Below, one piece after another: positions 1 to 13,519 of a DNA stretch of 64,000 nt; the first letter of the stretch is position 1, and every line of letters begins with the position of its first letter. The translations under genes were made by a program, and so were the position numbers. The DNA lies in contig OX597832.1 of the NCBI GenBank assembly GCA_951406725.2, forward strand, positions 6,324,001-6,388,000. Direction: 5' to 3'. The notes beneath the pieces are model-generated. The model ran no database searches. It was not told where the DNA came from and worked only from the letters and a program-made list of their open reading frames with translations. Source of the stretch: Octopus vulgaris (lineage: Eukaryota).

Positions 1-806
1 GAGTACAGTTGATTATACTAACCCCAGTAATTCACTAGAACTCATTTTATCAACCTCAGGAGGGTGAAAGACAAGGTCAATATCAGTGTAATTTGAGCTC
101 TGAATGTAAAGGAATAAAACAATACTTTTGCTTGATGTGCTACTGATTCTGCCAGAAATAAGCACTTTAAATATTTCAAATTTTGGCATAAGGCCAGCAA
201 TTTGAGGGAGGGTTAAGTTGGTTACAGTGACCAGTTGAATACTGGTACTTATTTTATCAACTCCAAAGGAATGAACGGCAAAGTCAACCTCAGCAGAATT
301 TGAAATCAGATTGTAAAGATGGATGAAATGCTGCTAAGCATCTTGCTTGGCATGGTAATGATTCTGCCATTACAACACCTTAACCCTTTAGCATTTAAAC
401 AGGCCATATCCATCCCAAATACTCTGTTAAAACCAGCTAGATCTGGCCTCTCACACCAACCCTACAATATCATTCTTAAAATATGCAATCGCATCATTGA
501 AATCTCATAGCTAGAAGATAATGCATGATAAATTCAAAACAATGTGAATAAATAAGCATTACATTTGACAGAATAATTTGAATGCTAAAGAGTTAAGCAC
601 ACAAAATACTGGTTTCAAATTTTGACCATTTCAGGGAAGGGGATAAGTCAATTAAATCAACTCCAGTGCTCAACTGGTCATTTTTTTTTATTGACCCCCA
701 AAAGATGAAAGGCAACATCGACCTCAGTGGAATTTGAACTCAGATCATAAAGACAGACGAAATGCAGTTATGCATTTTGCTAACAATTCTGACAGCTTGC
801 CACCTT
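1..806 (-). mobile_element. Three tandem copies of tRNA-derived SINE family A (1-155, 175-379, 611-806)
   Basis: Each copy is the reverse complement of the family pattern aaggcggcgagctggcagaa...gttctgagttcaaatt...gactttgcctttcatcc...gataaaataagtaccag...gccttgtgccaaaatttgaa, which recurs about 20 times in the window. Confidence 0.85.
384..592. mobile_element. piggyBac-type MITE
   Basis: TTAA at 380-383 and 593-596; terminal inverted repeats ccctttagcatttaaa / tttgaatgctaaagag; no coding capacity. Confidence 0.8.
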
Positions 807-1698
807 AAGTACACTAAACAATGGATATAATTCAGTACAATCATCTGACTGTATTTTAGAAACTACCTTTCTAGTTGTAAGATATTAAGTTAAGCTGATT
901 TCAATTGTTTAATAAAATAATACAAAAAAAAAAATCAGGAAAATTCATTGAATTAGCATTAATGCATTTAAAACTTGAATTAACAAACAAATCCACCATG
1001 TCTATGATTCACAGAAAGATTATTATAAATCAAAATACTCTGAATGTGTACATAATAAAATATTTTCATTTATTCACTGGACAAACAATATTACAACTAA
1101 TTCTATTTTATATGTATTGATAAGAAAAATTAGAATAATCAAATTGCAATGCACTTATAACACTCAAGATACAATATATGAAGCAAAATTACAATTCCTC
1201 AGATATTTTAACCGATTAAAATCAGATGACCACAATTTCCAAAATGTGCAAGTATTGATTATTGTAACTAGAATTTATCACTTTCAATGTTGGCAACAAA
1301 CTTAGTGGATTTACAAAGAATTCTTTGTAGTGAACATTTGATAAGCTTCTCAAATGGAATATGAAAGACTGATTTCATATATGTCTAGTGTTATATTTAG
1401 CATGAAATGTTTAAATAGAAACTATACTAAATTTCTAAGATCAGTAATGTATATTTGTATGTAGAACAATAAAGCTTAAACAGGCTAACTTCGATACATA
1501 CTATCCCAATAATCTTCAAATGCCCTCACTCTGAATAACGAATAAAACATTAAGATAAGCAGAACAAATGAAACATTAAACTGAAATGAAACAGTGAACG
1601 AGTGCAATTCGTATCCCAGGTCAAGAAAATATACACATAAACTAAAGTACATTAGTCTTCCATATACCCTCTACATGAATTTAGAATCACATTGTATG

Positions 1699-1732
<34 letters not shown>

Positions 1733-1733
<1 letters not shown>

Positions 1734-1813
1734 CCATCTGGTTCGCCAGACCTCAGTCAAATCGTCCAACCCATGCTAACATGGAAAGTGGATGTTAAAC
1801 GATGATGATGATG
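1733..1813 (+). mobile_element. Isolated 3' tail of RTE LINE
   Basis: gtccaacccatgctaacatggaaagtggatgttaaac(gat)n matches the LINE end at 48580-48656. Confidence 0.8.
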
Positions 1814-3397
1814 ATTATATATATATATATATATATAAACAAAAAAGAAAATCATTCAGAGAATATACCAATCAAAACAAAGTGTAGATAAAACAACAAA
1901 AGAAAAGGTTATTAGTCCAATTAATTTTTTCTATTCTATGAAAGAGGGTAATGCAGTATTGTCAAAACTATAATTACCCTGATAAGTTCTGCAGATGATC
2001 CTCAGAGAAATAGCAAACATGACAACAGTTTTACTTTATCATGCAACAGTCTATGCCAGCTCGATAAAATTAACATAAAATAAAGAATTATGGGAATGTC
2101 AAAAAAAGATGACAACAGCAAAGATAAGGATGATAACAATGATAAGGGATAGTCTTTCATCCTCAAATACATGAAATCATGCAACATTTGTTAATCTTAT
2201 TCCCACAAGATTCCAAGCCAAGATCAATAAATTCTACTGTAGTTGCTGCAATCAATTCTTTGATAGTTTTTTTTTTCTTTCTTTTTGGAACCTCCACTTT
2301 TAAGTTCCTGTTTTATAGCTAAGGAATGGAATATGAACAGCTAAACAAAATCTCCATCTGACTATCATGTTCTATCAAACCATAACATTATTGGACCACA
2401 TTTCTATGCACATAAAAAATGGTCTTTAAGTATCAAATTTAGCAAAAAGTTTTTTAATGTTCTGTTATAAATCTTCTCATAATAATTCAATGCAAGGAAA
2501 TGTTAAAAATACAAGATTAAAGTTAGCCAACTTGATAAAAAAATTTTTTCAAATCAGACAGTAAACAGAAGTGAGCAAAACATTTTGCTTTCAATGGTTA
2601 ATTCTATCTATAACCAAGTAGGCATCAGAGATGATATAACTTAATGCTGTGAACAACATAGCACTACAGAATTGCAGTCACAGACCTAGTCAATCGGTTA
2701 AGAAGTTTGATACAATCAAAGTTCTATGTTTGATTGCATTGCACAGCATCTTCAGCAAATGTTTTGTACCACAGCTTCACATCCATACAAGCTTTGTGAG
2801 AAGAATTTGGGAGATAGAAAATCATTTAAACCTGTCCAATACCAGAATCTTGGGAATATTCAATCACATACTATAATTTTAAATAGGTAGTATCATTGAT
2901 CATACTACTGGAATATCTACTGGAAACCAGTGTAAGATCTAATCACTCAAGAGTAATATATTAACTTGCAGTCCTGAGTTCAAATCCTATCAGTAATCTA
3001 GCCAGGAAGCAAGAGTAATCTTATCTACTTTTACTACAAAGCTGAAAGTTAAGCCTGAATCTTATCAATGTTTTAAGAAAGAATTAACCAGTTTAACTTC
3101 AATTTCAGACAAATATAATTAAAATACCAAAGAACTGATTTAAGTGTATTTATACCAGTTGTCTACAGTGAAAACTTTTCCCCATGACAAAAGACAGTGA
3201 ATGGCTTACTTACAAGTTTTAATATGCCACTGGCATATTCGAACTGGTGATAACATTGCATAAAATACCAAAATATATATTTCCTCCTTAATATTTCTGT
3301 AGTTAAAACAAAGGACATGATCACTTTTAAATAAAAAGAAAAAATTAGAGAATCAACTATGATTTCAGTGATGAATTTAGCATGAAGGTAAGAGTTC

Positions 3398-4334
3398 AAT
3401 GCTCAGTCATTAGACCTCTTCTGTTAATCATAGTCTTAGAGGCCATCACAGAAGAATTTAAGACTGTCTGTCCATAGACTCCTATATGCTGAAGATCTAG
3501 TTCTCATAGCTATATCTATAGTGGTATTAGAGAAGAAATTCTACACTTGGAAACTAAACTTAGAATTGAGAAATCTCAAGATAAACTTAGCAAAAACTAG
3601 GGTTTTAGCAAGTAAGAAAGAAGACAGGACCCTGGTATCTTCAGGGAAACAGTTTTACTTGATAAGTGAAAAAAGAGTATAAGCTCCATACATTGTACCC
3701 AACATAAGCTATGGACACACAAGTAGTGTAGTGGAATCACAAGCTGACTTACAGAGAATACAAACTATGAGCACACCAGAATTTTGTAGTATCAGTAGCT
3801 TTTGTAACATAATTAGTAAGGAAGATGGCTGCTCTAAAAGTATAGTAGCCAGGATAAAAACAAATTGGAAAAGGCTTAGAGAGCTACTACAACTGCTGAC
3901 AAGAAAGGTCTTTTCCCTCAGAGTGAAGGACAGATTGTATGATGCTACAATGCTGCATGGAAAAATTTGGACCTTGAATGCAGAGGACTTGCAAATGCTA
4001 GAAAGAAATTAAGCTAGTATTACTTTATTGGATGCACAGTGTAAGTGTGCATGGATGACAAAGTACAAATGGACAGAGAAAAACTAGGCATAAAAGGAAT
4101 CCGATATAGATTTTAAGAAAGATTGTGCTGGTGTAAGATAAGTGATGCATATGGATGAGAACAGCTGTATAAAAATATGCTGACCACTTAATATGAATGG
4201 AGACTGTAGAAAAGATGTCGGGCAACATAGTGAAAGTTGATCTCAGAACCTTGAGTAACATGTAGATGACAAAGATCTGGGTGGTTGATTATATGCAGTA
4301 CCCAAGATCTCAGGAAGAGTTTCTAGAAGCACAA

Positions 4335-4367
<33 letters not shown>

Positions 4368-5464
4368 GTATCACACATGCAACTGAGCCCCCTCATACAA
4401 TTACTTCCTCAAGCCATCCCCATCAATAACCCCCCTATTACCTGCCCAACTGCAATATTCAGCTTCTGTTATTAAATAAAGAGAGAACATCACCATTTTA
4501 CTTGAAGCCAGTTATTTTCTTAATACTGGAAACAATTTCACTTGATATTCATCATTCATTCTTAATACTGTCCCACCTGCCACTTCATATTTAACATTGA
4601 TTATTTGTGCCACCAATTATCTGTCCTTTTCCACCATCATATATTCCTCACTTTCCCCATGCACTATTTCTACCTCTCCCCTCACACTCTTGAAACCTAT
4701 CCCAGCCCCACAGGTCATCTCACTCTTTCTCTTATCCTTCTATCTGCTGCTCTTCACTCCTTCATGTACTGTCAGTCATCACCAACTCTCCCCTCCTCCA
4801 CTCAACTCCTATGCATCATTGATCACTCCTTCACCCTTGTCCACATATCACTGTCTCTACTCCTTAACCCTACCCAAACTCTAGAGTCTTCACTTAATCT
4901 TCTTTACCTTCCCTCCAAAGTATATAGTTTTTTTATTCATTATATTCAGTCTTTCACCAGTTCCCTACTCTAATGTTCTCTCACTCTCCTCAAATGCTTT
5001 TGCAACTTCTATCCACCCACACTCCCACTTCTTCTGTTCCCATTCACTTCTACTCCTCTTGAAGGTGCTTCTAATACCTCATCATCACTATTTTATATCT
5101 TTCCAGTTCTACCCTTATTAGTACCACCCTCTCTACTATAATATGAGTAGCAGTATAGCTCCTCTACAGCAAGAAACCTATCCTGGTCTTGTTCCCTTCT
5201 TTCATTCTATAACTTTTCATATCCTAACAAAACTGCCTACCTCTCTACAGCAGCCCAACTCAGACAAAAGGGATCTCGGTCTTGCATGGTGGCATCACTA
5301 GTCCTAGTACTACAAAGAGGCACCCAGTATACTCTATAAAGAGGTTGGCATTAGGTAGAGCATCTGGGGCATGATGCAGTCCTCTGACACATCATCATAT
5401 CCTGTCAAACCATCCAGCCCATGCCATCATACAAGATAAAATACTAAAAGATGACAATGATGAT
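3398..5464 (+). mobile_element. Old, decayed RTE-clade LINE (RT C-terminal half, CT-rich spacer, 3' tail)
   Basis: Translates to LLIIVLEAITEEFKT...LLYAEDLVLIA and SIVARIKTNWKRLRELLQLLTRKVFSLRVKDRLYDA, paralleling the copy at 46.4-48.6 kb; tail ccatgcc...(gat)n at 5420-5464. Confidence 0.8.
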
Positions 5465-5978
5465 ATTCAGAATTCAAGAAGATGCAACAGTGTACTGTGG
5501 TAAACTTACACCAAAACTAATTTAACTTTTAGTATTTTTCTTTTTGTTTCTAGTTGATTTTTTTTTTAAATTCTCAATGTATTTAAGAAAAGCATGGTCA
5601 CCCAAATTCTTTGTCTTTTAAATGAAGGGTTCCTGTATACTTGAGAAAATATTTTCAATTATAAGTTTAAGGAATGTAATATAAATGAAGTATATATTTT
5701 AATTTAAAGTCAAACTAATTATAAATTGATGAAGTGTACGAGTATATGGATAAGCTATTGAAGGAGTTACAATGTAGTCACTCATCTTGCTAAAAAAAAT
5801 AAAAATCAATGAAATGTCCCTCAAATCCCTCCTTAGGAAAAATAAAACATTGGATAATATTGTCCTGAGTTCTCTGCACATAGATTGCCATGGCTAGAAT
5901 GCCTTTGCTCATTGGTCTGTTCTATCAAGGCTAACCTTTATCAGAGATGGATTTAAAAGTTATATATATATACACACA

Positions 5979-6137
5979 CAGGAGTGGGTGTGTGGTAAGT
6001 AGCTTGCCTACCAACCACATGGTTCCGGGTTCAGTCCTACTGCGTGGCACCTTGGGCAAGTGTCTTCTACTATAGCCTCGGGCCGACCAAAGCCTTGTGA
6101 GTGGATTTGGTAGACGGAAACTGAAAGAAGCCCGTCG

Positions 6138-6169
<32 letters not shown>

Positions 6170-6370
6170 AGTGTATGTTTGTGCCCTAGCATTGCTTGAC
6201 AACCGATACTGGTGTGTTTAGGTCCCTGTCACTTAGCGGTTCGGCAAAAGAGACTGATAGAATAAGTACTGGGCTTACAAAGAATAAGTCCCGGGGCCGA
6301 GTTGCTCGACTAAAGGCGGTGCTCCAGCATGGCTGCAGTCAACTGACTGAAACAAGTAAAAGAATAAAAG

Positions 6371-6371
<1 letters not shown>
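5979..6371 (+). mobile_element. tRNA-derived SINE family B (CORE-like), well preserved
   Basis: A/B-box-like head ggtgtgtggtaag...ggttcagtcc; CORE-like gtggcaccttgggcaagtg; internal (AT)n; tail gactgaaacaagtaaaagaataaaaga. Confidence 0.85.
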
Positions 6372-6421
<50 letters not shown>

Positions 6422-6854
6422 GTGGTACAATGAATAAGACTGAATGAATAAGGTGACATCAGTACAACTGTACACATGGATTTAACTCCTCCTTAAGAGA
6501 TAAACGCTAGATATTCTGTTTTCTCAATGAGTTGATTTCAATTGTGATTCAAATTGAAATTTCATTCTGTTAAATAAAAGAAATATATCAATACAAGTAC
6601 CAATCTAATAAAGTTGTGAGAATAGTGCCTTCTCACAAAAATATCTTTTTCCTTGTTTGCTACAGCAAGAGCCCTAGTTTTATTCTGTTTTAATGTTTTC
6701 TCTCCCATTATAATGTACATGTCCTTCAGGTAGTTCTTTTGATTTTATGTAATTATGTATCTCTTTAGAACAAAGATGTTGCAGAAAGTGTAGCTTGATT
6801 ACAGTATCATAATTCTATAGTAATTATACTATTTATAAACCAATGAGATCACTC

Positions 6855-7022
6855 AAACTATTAGAAATATCAACCAATTCTCCCTCAAACTACACCATAC
6901 CACCTCAAAAAGAACACTTAAGATAATGTAGTTCACTGTCAGAGAAAATAAAATAGGTAGGTATGGCTGGATTGTCTTTAATGATAGGCCTATTTGATCG
7001 CAACTGACCTAGGGTTAAATAA
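6855..7022 (-). repeat. Unclassified interspersed repeat family C (also about 5815-5940 and 11745-11950 on -, 16618-16990 twice on +)
   Basis: Shared blocks ttgtttagccccaggtc...gatcaagcagacctatgatcaaag...gagatttgg...atttctagcag in five places. Confidence 0.65.
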
Positions 7023-7923
7023 CTTGTAAAATTTCATTGAAACCTGTAAGATGAAAGGCAATCAAAGGTATTTGAACTTATATCCTTTATTGTCTGAAGT
7101 TGCTTTTGTTGTATGTTATACCGAAATATTGGAAGCCAATAAAATTATATAGTGTTATTACCAGGATATATACGTCACAGTATAGGTTCAATAAAATCCT
7201 AGATGAATCCGCTTTACCTTTCATCCTTCAAGATCAATGAAATATATAGTTGCAGACTTCCTCTCTGAAATGCTTAGCTTTTACTGGACCGATCCACTCA
7301 GCGATAAATAGATATATCATGAATGTATAGTTTATACTGTGTGCTATAAGAATATATACAAATCGTACCATGGAGAGACTTGAAACCAATGTATCAAATT
7401 GGGAAGAGTCAAACAGCTGAATAAACAAATATGCAAAATTAAAATTGATTAAAATATGGACTCTTCCATTTGCAAAAACAAAAATCTCAAGAAAAAAGAA
7501 ATCATTATTTATATTAATTAATCCTTACAGAATTCTTCAAATATCTCAAATGTTTCACTTTAGAATAGCTTGTATGTATGAAGTAAGCTAGCATGTGTGT
7601 ATGTGGAAAAAATATTTGTACATTTGTATATAGATAAGAGTGCAGGCACATGCACATGCAGACAATAGTTCCACAATGTGCATGCATGCAAACAATAGTG
7701 CCTATACATATGTGCATGTATAAGAGTACAAGTGTGTACATGTACAAATAATAAAATGTATGTGCACACACACATGAATAGATATGTAACAAAAGCCACA
7801 CATGCAAAATATAATAGGCAAGTTGATGTTCATATATTTAATGTACAGATCATATAAATGCTGAATTATTCAATCTCTAAACAATTATATTCTCCACATC
7901 AATAATGTGCAATCTTCCATATA

Positions 7924-8143
7924 CAAGGGGATGCTGAAATGTTCCTAGTTTTAAGGGTATTGCAAAAGGTCTGGCTGGAGGCCCAACTTTCCGAGTTCTT
8001 TTACAGATTTAAAAAAAAAAACTGAAGGTTTTCTACAATAAGTGTGTGAATCTGAGAGAAGATTATGTTGAATAAAATCATAATTAACTGGTCCTCCTGT
8101 ATTTTCTTTTACCCAAACCCAGAAACTTTTAAGCACCTCCTCG
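7924..8143 (+). mobile_element. mariner-derived MITE
   Basis: TA then caaggggatgctgaaatgttcc at the left end and gaaacttttaagcacctcctcg at the right end (imperfect TIRs); retains the transposase C-terminus KCVNLREDYVE*. Confidence 0.75.
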
Positions 8144-10219
8144 TGTGTGTGTGTGTGTGTGTGTACGCACACACACATTTACACACACAGTGATTCATTT
8201 ATGATCATTTGTGCAAACACAGAAAAGCAATGTTACACTGTAGAGATCAGAATATAGCTGAAACATATCCAGAATTGTTTCCTGCATGTCTAACATATGA
8301 GAAAAAAAGTAATCAGTTGTTCAAATCAATACACTAACTCAAAGCCTACAACACTAAGAAGCTGCCATAACTAAATTCTTTGTTATGATATTGGATAAAT
8401 GTATGTTTAACTTTGCTTTTACTGAGCAAATAATACTAAACAAATCTCTCTCTCTCACCCCCACGTACATATAGCCTTGTCAAAGCACATTGCTGAGGTA
8501 CAGCAATTATTGATTTTTTTCTAATACAACAAAACAACACTGCAAGGTTATTGTAGAAATACAATATATAATCCTTAAGGAAAACTCATTAAAATACAAA
8601 TACTTTCAATTGATTTCTTTTGAGCATCACCAAACCAAGTCACCAGAAATGGAATATAGTACATTCAACTAAAAGTAAATATGATCCTAGCAGGATCTGA
8701 ACCCAGAATTGTGAAATTAGATTCATTCAGTGTTCAACAGTATCTAGCAACTTGTCACTTGCACAAATCCTTTCATAAATACAAAATTTTGTATAACAGT
8801 AGAATATGGTCAATTAGAAATTTGAACTGATAATTTTGTTGACTTGGAAAGGAAATATTACTTAATGGCTGTTGCATTTAAAAGGACAGCTATTAAGTGT
8901 ATTGTTATCAATGTTGATTTAACATCCTCTTTCTATTAGTTGGCAGGTTTTGAAATACATACATTGACACTTCTCAACCAGATACCATTCCATTTTTAAT
9001 GCAAGGTAATTTAAATGGAAGATAAAGCTGAGTGGAAAAAGTAAGAGGAAAATAGAAAAGTGACAACAGGATGGGAAAGAAAGCTGATAAAGCAAAATAT
9101 AGAAATGCAAAAGAAAGAAATGCAAGAAGCAAAACAAAGAAAATGAGAAAAGAAGAGAAATAAAAGCTAAGGAAAATAAAAACAGAGTGGGGAGAGATAG
9201 AGAGAGATAAGACAAGAGAAGGAGAAAGAGATAGAGACAAAGGCAAAACTAAGAAGTAATTTATAATGCACAGCTAATATTATCAATTGTAGATGTGATG
9301 TGAAACTAATGGTCAGCAACAGGCGGTAGAAATAATTTTCAGTTCACAGAGTTGCTGTGAATTAGCAAAAAAGGAATCTAATTAGTTTCTGATGTCTGAA
9401 ATGAACAGAAAATTTCTAGTAGTTTCAAGCAGTGCTCCAAAGTAAACATTTTTTTTTTTTTAATCCCCACAATTTTATTTTATGAACTGCAGACAAAACT
9501 AACCATTTAGCTGGAAATTTCTAAACATAACTAATATGTAAGCATATTAAGACATCTTTATTTTTATCTCCTTCTATTGTAAGGTATTTAAAGATTACAT
9601 GTTGTTAAGATGTTTCTGCTTCTAACCATATTGCAAAATGAGGCTAAGAGGGATGCATTTATCCACACATTGACAGCTGTCAGATTTTAAACTTCTAACT
9701 ATAGCTCCCTGCATTACATCAATGCCTACTTAATGATATATTCTTCATGTTAAAGGCATCACTAAGAAAATTCCCCATCACTATTTTAAATTGTCATATA
9801 AGTGAATGCTTTATGTAAAAAAAAATCTAGGATTTTCTAAGTATTAATAACACTGCTTTTCTGCAATGTCTAATAAAGAGTGAAACATGTCCATAGTTTC
9901 TCTTAGTTCCCTAAAATCTGACTTATTTCCAACTGTATGCCTTACCATGTTAACTTTTAATTTGGATTTTAGAGCTGTCGCCCTTATTTTCCTTGATAAA
10001 AGTTATTGATTAACTCCAATAATTTATCAACATAATGAGTATAATTTTAATTAAATATCTTCAAGAAACTCACTACATTAAGCTTAATAGACTCCACTTA
10101 AGTGTATGTGTTAGTCTTGGTATATTAAATGTAAGAGCCATTGAAATTTAACTAGAAATAATTATGTTGTAAGGATAAAACAATATTAGTTATTAATAGT
10201 ATTATGAATTATTTTTTGA

Positions 10220-10416
10220 GCAGCTGGTTGAAAGAATTGTTAAAACATTGAAAAATACTTTGTGGTTTTGTTCTGGCTCTTTACATTCTGAATTCAGATT
10301 CTGTTAGGGTCAACTTTGCTTTTCTTCCCTCCAAAGTCAATAAAATAAAGTACCAGTCAAATACTAGGGGTGATGTAATCAACTAACTTCCTCCCCTCTA
10401 AACTACTGGCCTTGTG
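10220..10416 (+). mobile_element. SINE family A, degenerate
   Basis: ttctgaattcagattc...ggtcaactttgcttttc...taaaataaagtaccag...ggccttgtg. Confidence 0.75.
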
Positions 10417-12994
10417 ATTTTAAGCGATCATTGTATAATGATTTACATGTTTGAACTTTAGTCAAGCACCTTAACATTATAGCTATTTCTGCTTCTGACT
10501 CAACAAATTCGAATCATTTTCAATATCATTAAGATGCCAATTAGCATATTAATCGATAGGAGGCTCTCCACATATGTTATATCATAAATTATAAGGATGT
10601 TGCACGTTAGTTTGCTAGAGAGAATGTGAAGGTGGTTTAATTTAAATTAAATTGCTTAAACAACAGAACAATGTTATAAAAGTTATTTTTCTCTAGAATT
10701 AGGCCCATTTCTTTTTTAGATGTAATTATAGCTTCTTAAATGTCAAGAGGAGTAAGCAACTGCAAAACAAACACTAGTTTGCCCTCCTCTTTTTCCCCAC
10801 TCCTATAGCAGACCTAATATCATTGATTTTGAAAATATATCTTCCTGTTTGATCAGTGGAACTCATTATATTGAAATATAGATAACAGAGTATTCCACAA
10901 ATATGAGCATCCTTAATGTAATCTTCTTTAGATAAACTCAGTGTCCCAAGACTGGGCTTTTCAATAACAATTACAACTCATAGAATAAGCTCCCCCCTAC
11001 CGCCCCATACTTTTTTTTTGCCAACGCAGTTTAATTCAAAAGGCTTAAGTTGAGCCAAAGTAATAGGAAAAGACATTTGTTAAAGGAAACATGCAGTGGG
11101 ATTCAACCCAGAACCTTATGATTGCAAAGCAAGACATCCTGGACCAAATCCAGAAGAGTCACTCCACTGATTGGCTTTAAATCATGTTCCAGCCTCTGGC
11201 CCTCAAGTACACTGTCTCTTCTGTCTTTTCTAATGTTGCCATAATGGGCCTCTTTTCCTTGGACCTGGCTGGACTTGTACCTCCTTCACACAGGAACAAT
11301 CAACCCAGTTATTTCCCTACTTCCTGTCACCCTTGTTGTGCCCAAGCCTCCCAGAGCCCTGTCCCAATTAGTATTCCTTGTTCTTCCTTCTCAGAAAAAT
11401 AACCTTCTGGAATCCCCCCACCCTCACCTTATTTAAGCCTTTCCAGTAGATATTGGACACTGCATGTTTCTCCAGAAAAACTAAACCTTTCAGCTAGGAT
11501 TGTATGCCTATCAAACAGATAGCAGAAAACAGAAGTAGACTGATTATTCTTATTGTTCTGCACTGTTGTGTATATATGTATGCTTGAAAGTTAACACAGC
11601 AAAGCTAGGAAAAGAAGGGTTATTGCCAGAAATAGAAAAGACGTGTAACTGAGAAACTATGTATAACAGAAATTATATTTTATATGACAGACAAAATCAC
11701 CAATACTTGTTGATAACACCCAGGAAGAACTATGGTAGTTTCAGAGGATTCTTTGATCCATAGCTATAATTGGTTGTTACATCTGCCAGAAATGGCATCA
11801 AATCTCCAAATAACATTCCTTAAAAAAAAGACACATTGAATATAATGATCGTGAGTTCTTGGCAGATAAAAAAAAAATGAGATGGTTATGTCTGGAAATC
11901 TTTTGATCATAGGACTACTCAATCAGGGCTGATATAGGGTTACGCAACAACAAAATAAATGTCACTCGGAAATATAGAGTTAACTTAGAAGTTTGTAATG
12001 TGTAAAATAAATGAGTTGAGATATCAAATTAGTGGGTAAAAACTGTAGCACATTTGTAAGCTTAAGTCACACTTCCTAAAGTTTTAGAAACAAATGGCTA
12101 TATTGTACAATTTCTAATTAAGACTTATTAACAAATATAGCAAGATTTGAGAGTATAAATAACTGACTGAAACAATATCTTAGTATGTTATGTGTATACA
12201 TGAACTTCACAGTTCTTTTTAGATCTAAACTGCTAGATACAAAGTCAGTATGTTAAAATTACTTATTTTATTAACCCGTAAGTGGGGTCAATTAGCGTTT
12301 TAAAGTGTAAGGTATATAGCCAGATATCATAAAGCAAAGCAATTGGTGAGTTTAACCAACAAAATACCTATGTAACAGAAACTTGCCCGAGTTTTTTTTT
12401 TTTTTAATGGCTTTTGCTTTTGTTGATACTTAGATATCTTGGACTTGAGCAATATATGAAAATATAATACAGTTTGCTTTATTCTGAAAACCCTAGCCAA
12501 CAAGTTGTTACATTTGAAATTTATCATGAATCCCATGCTGTTATCATTGGAATTCATTTTATTTAGATTACTTTAATGAAATGTTAATAGACTTCTTACT
12601 GATTCCACATACCACCCCAATTTTTTAATCTTTCTTACTTTTCTAGAATATGATAGTAGAAGGAATCAAACTTCTTAGTTCTGATCTGAGTCTTATTTGA
12701 AAATTGCCTTTTATCCCCCTTTTAGAAAAAAGATTTTAAACTAAAGAACAGATTTTAAATTGTAATAAAGACAAAACTCAATGCAGTTTGGTTGACAAGG
12801 ATAAACTATTAATAATTCTAATAAAAATAGTATTGAAACAAAGTGTCTAATATGGACACTATGGTTGCTATTTAAAACTGTCTTGTAGATAACACTAAAA
12901 ATGCATAGCAATTTATAACCATACAATAAGAAAAACTGCTAGGCAGATAATTTATAAATTCAGAACACATATACATGTATTTAGATAACCAAAA

Positions 12995-13500
12995 GTTTTC
13001 TGGTGCATTCTATCCACTGTTGAATATCCTCATCAATATTTACATTCTGTTAAGTCAGCAAACTGGCAGAATTTTTAACACACCAGGAAAAATACTTAGC
13101 AGCATTTTATCTGCCTTTAGGTTCTGAGTTCGAATTCTACCGAGGTCAACTTCGCCTTTCATCCTTCCAGGGTCAATAAAATAAGTACCAGTTAAGCCTG
13201 GGGCCACTGTAATTGACTTATCCCCTCCTCCAAATTGCTGACATTGTGCCAAAATTTGAAACCAATATTTACATTCTGTTGTAAAGTACTTTCAATATTT
13301 GGGAAGCTGTCTATATTTTCCACCTTCTGTCCATATAAATAAATGGTTGACCCAGGTTCCTGATTATTTGGTGCTTTTTGATGTGAGATCTTTAATTCAC
13401 TTACTGAGAAATAGACACACTTGCCTTGGTCACTCATCTTTGTGAGCTTCAACATCTTGAGATAAGTTTTTACTACTACTGCCTATGTCTTTCTCAATCT
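12995..13500 (-). mobile_element. Decayed RTE (BovB-like) LINE fragment interrupted by the SINE
   Basis: KISHQKAP...TIYLYGQKVENIDSFPNIESTLQQNVNI continues across the SINE as QNVNIDEDIQQWI, resembling the RTE post-RT motif F.YLGSTL...ID.E...RI. Confidence 0.6.
13052..13263 (+). mobile_element. SINE family A with target-site duplication
   Basis: Full-length match to the family; caatatttacattctgtt is repeated at 13034-13051 and 13263-13280. Confidence 0.9.
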
Positions 13501-13519
13501 TCTTCCACATGCTCCAACT

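Noticed and set aside
2829-2870. Minus-strand YVIEYSQDSGIGQV* resembling a HECT ligase C-terminus
   Set aside because: Weak acceptor, and no upstream exon with the catalytic Cys motif was found
4266-9246. ORFs with CVCV, HTHT, IYIY or Leu/Ser/Phe-rich runs (also at 19.7, 36.9, 43.0 and 51.9 kb)
   Set aside because: Translations of microsatellites and SINEs
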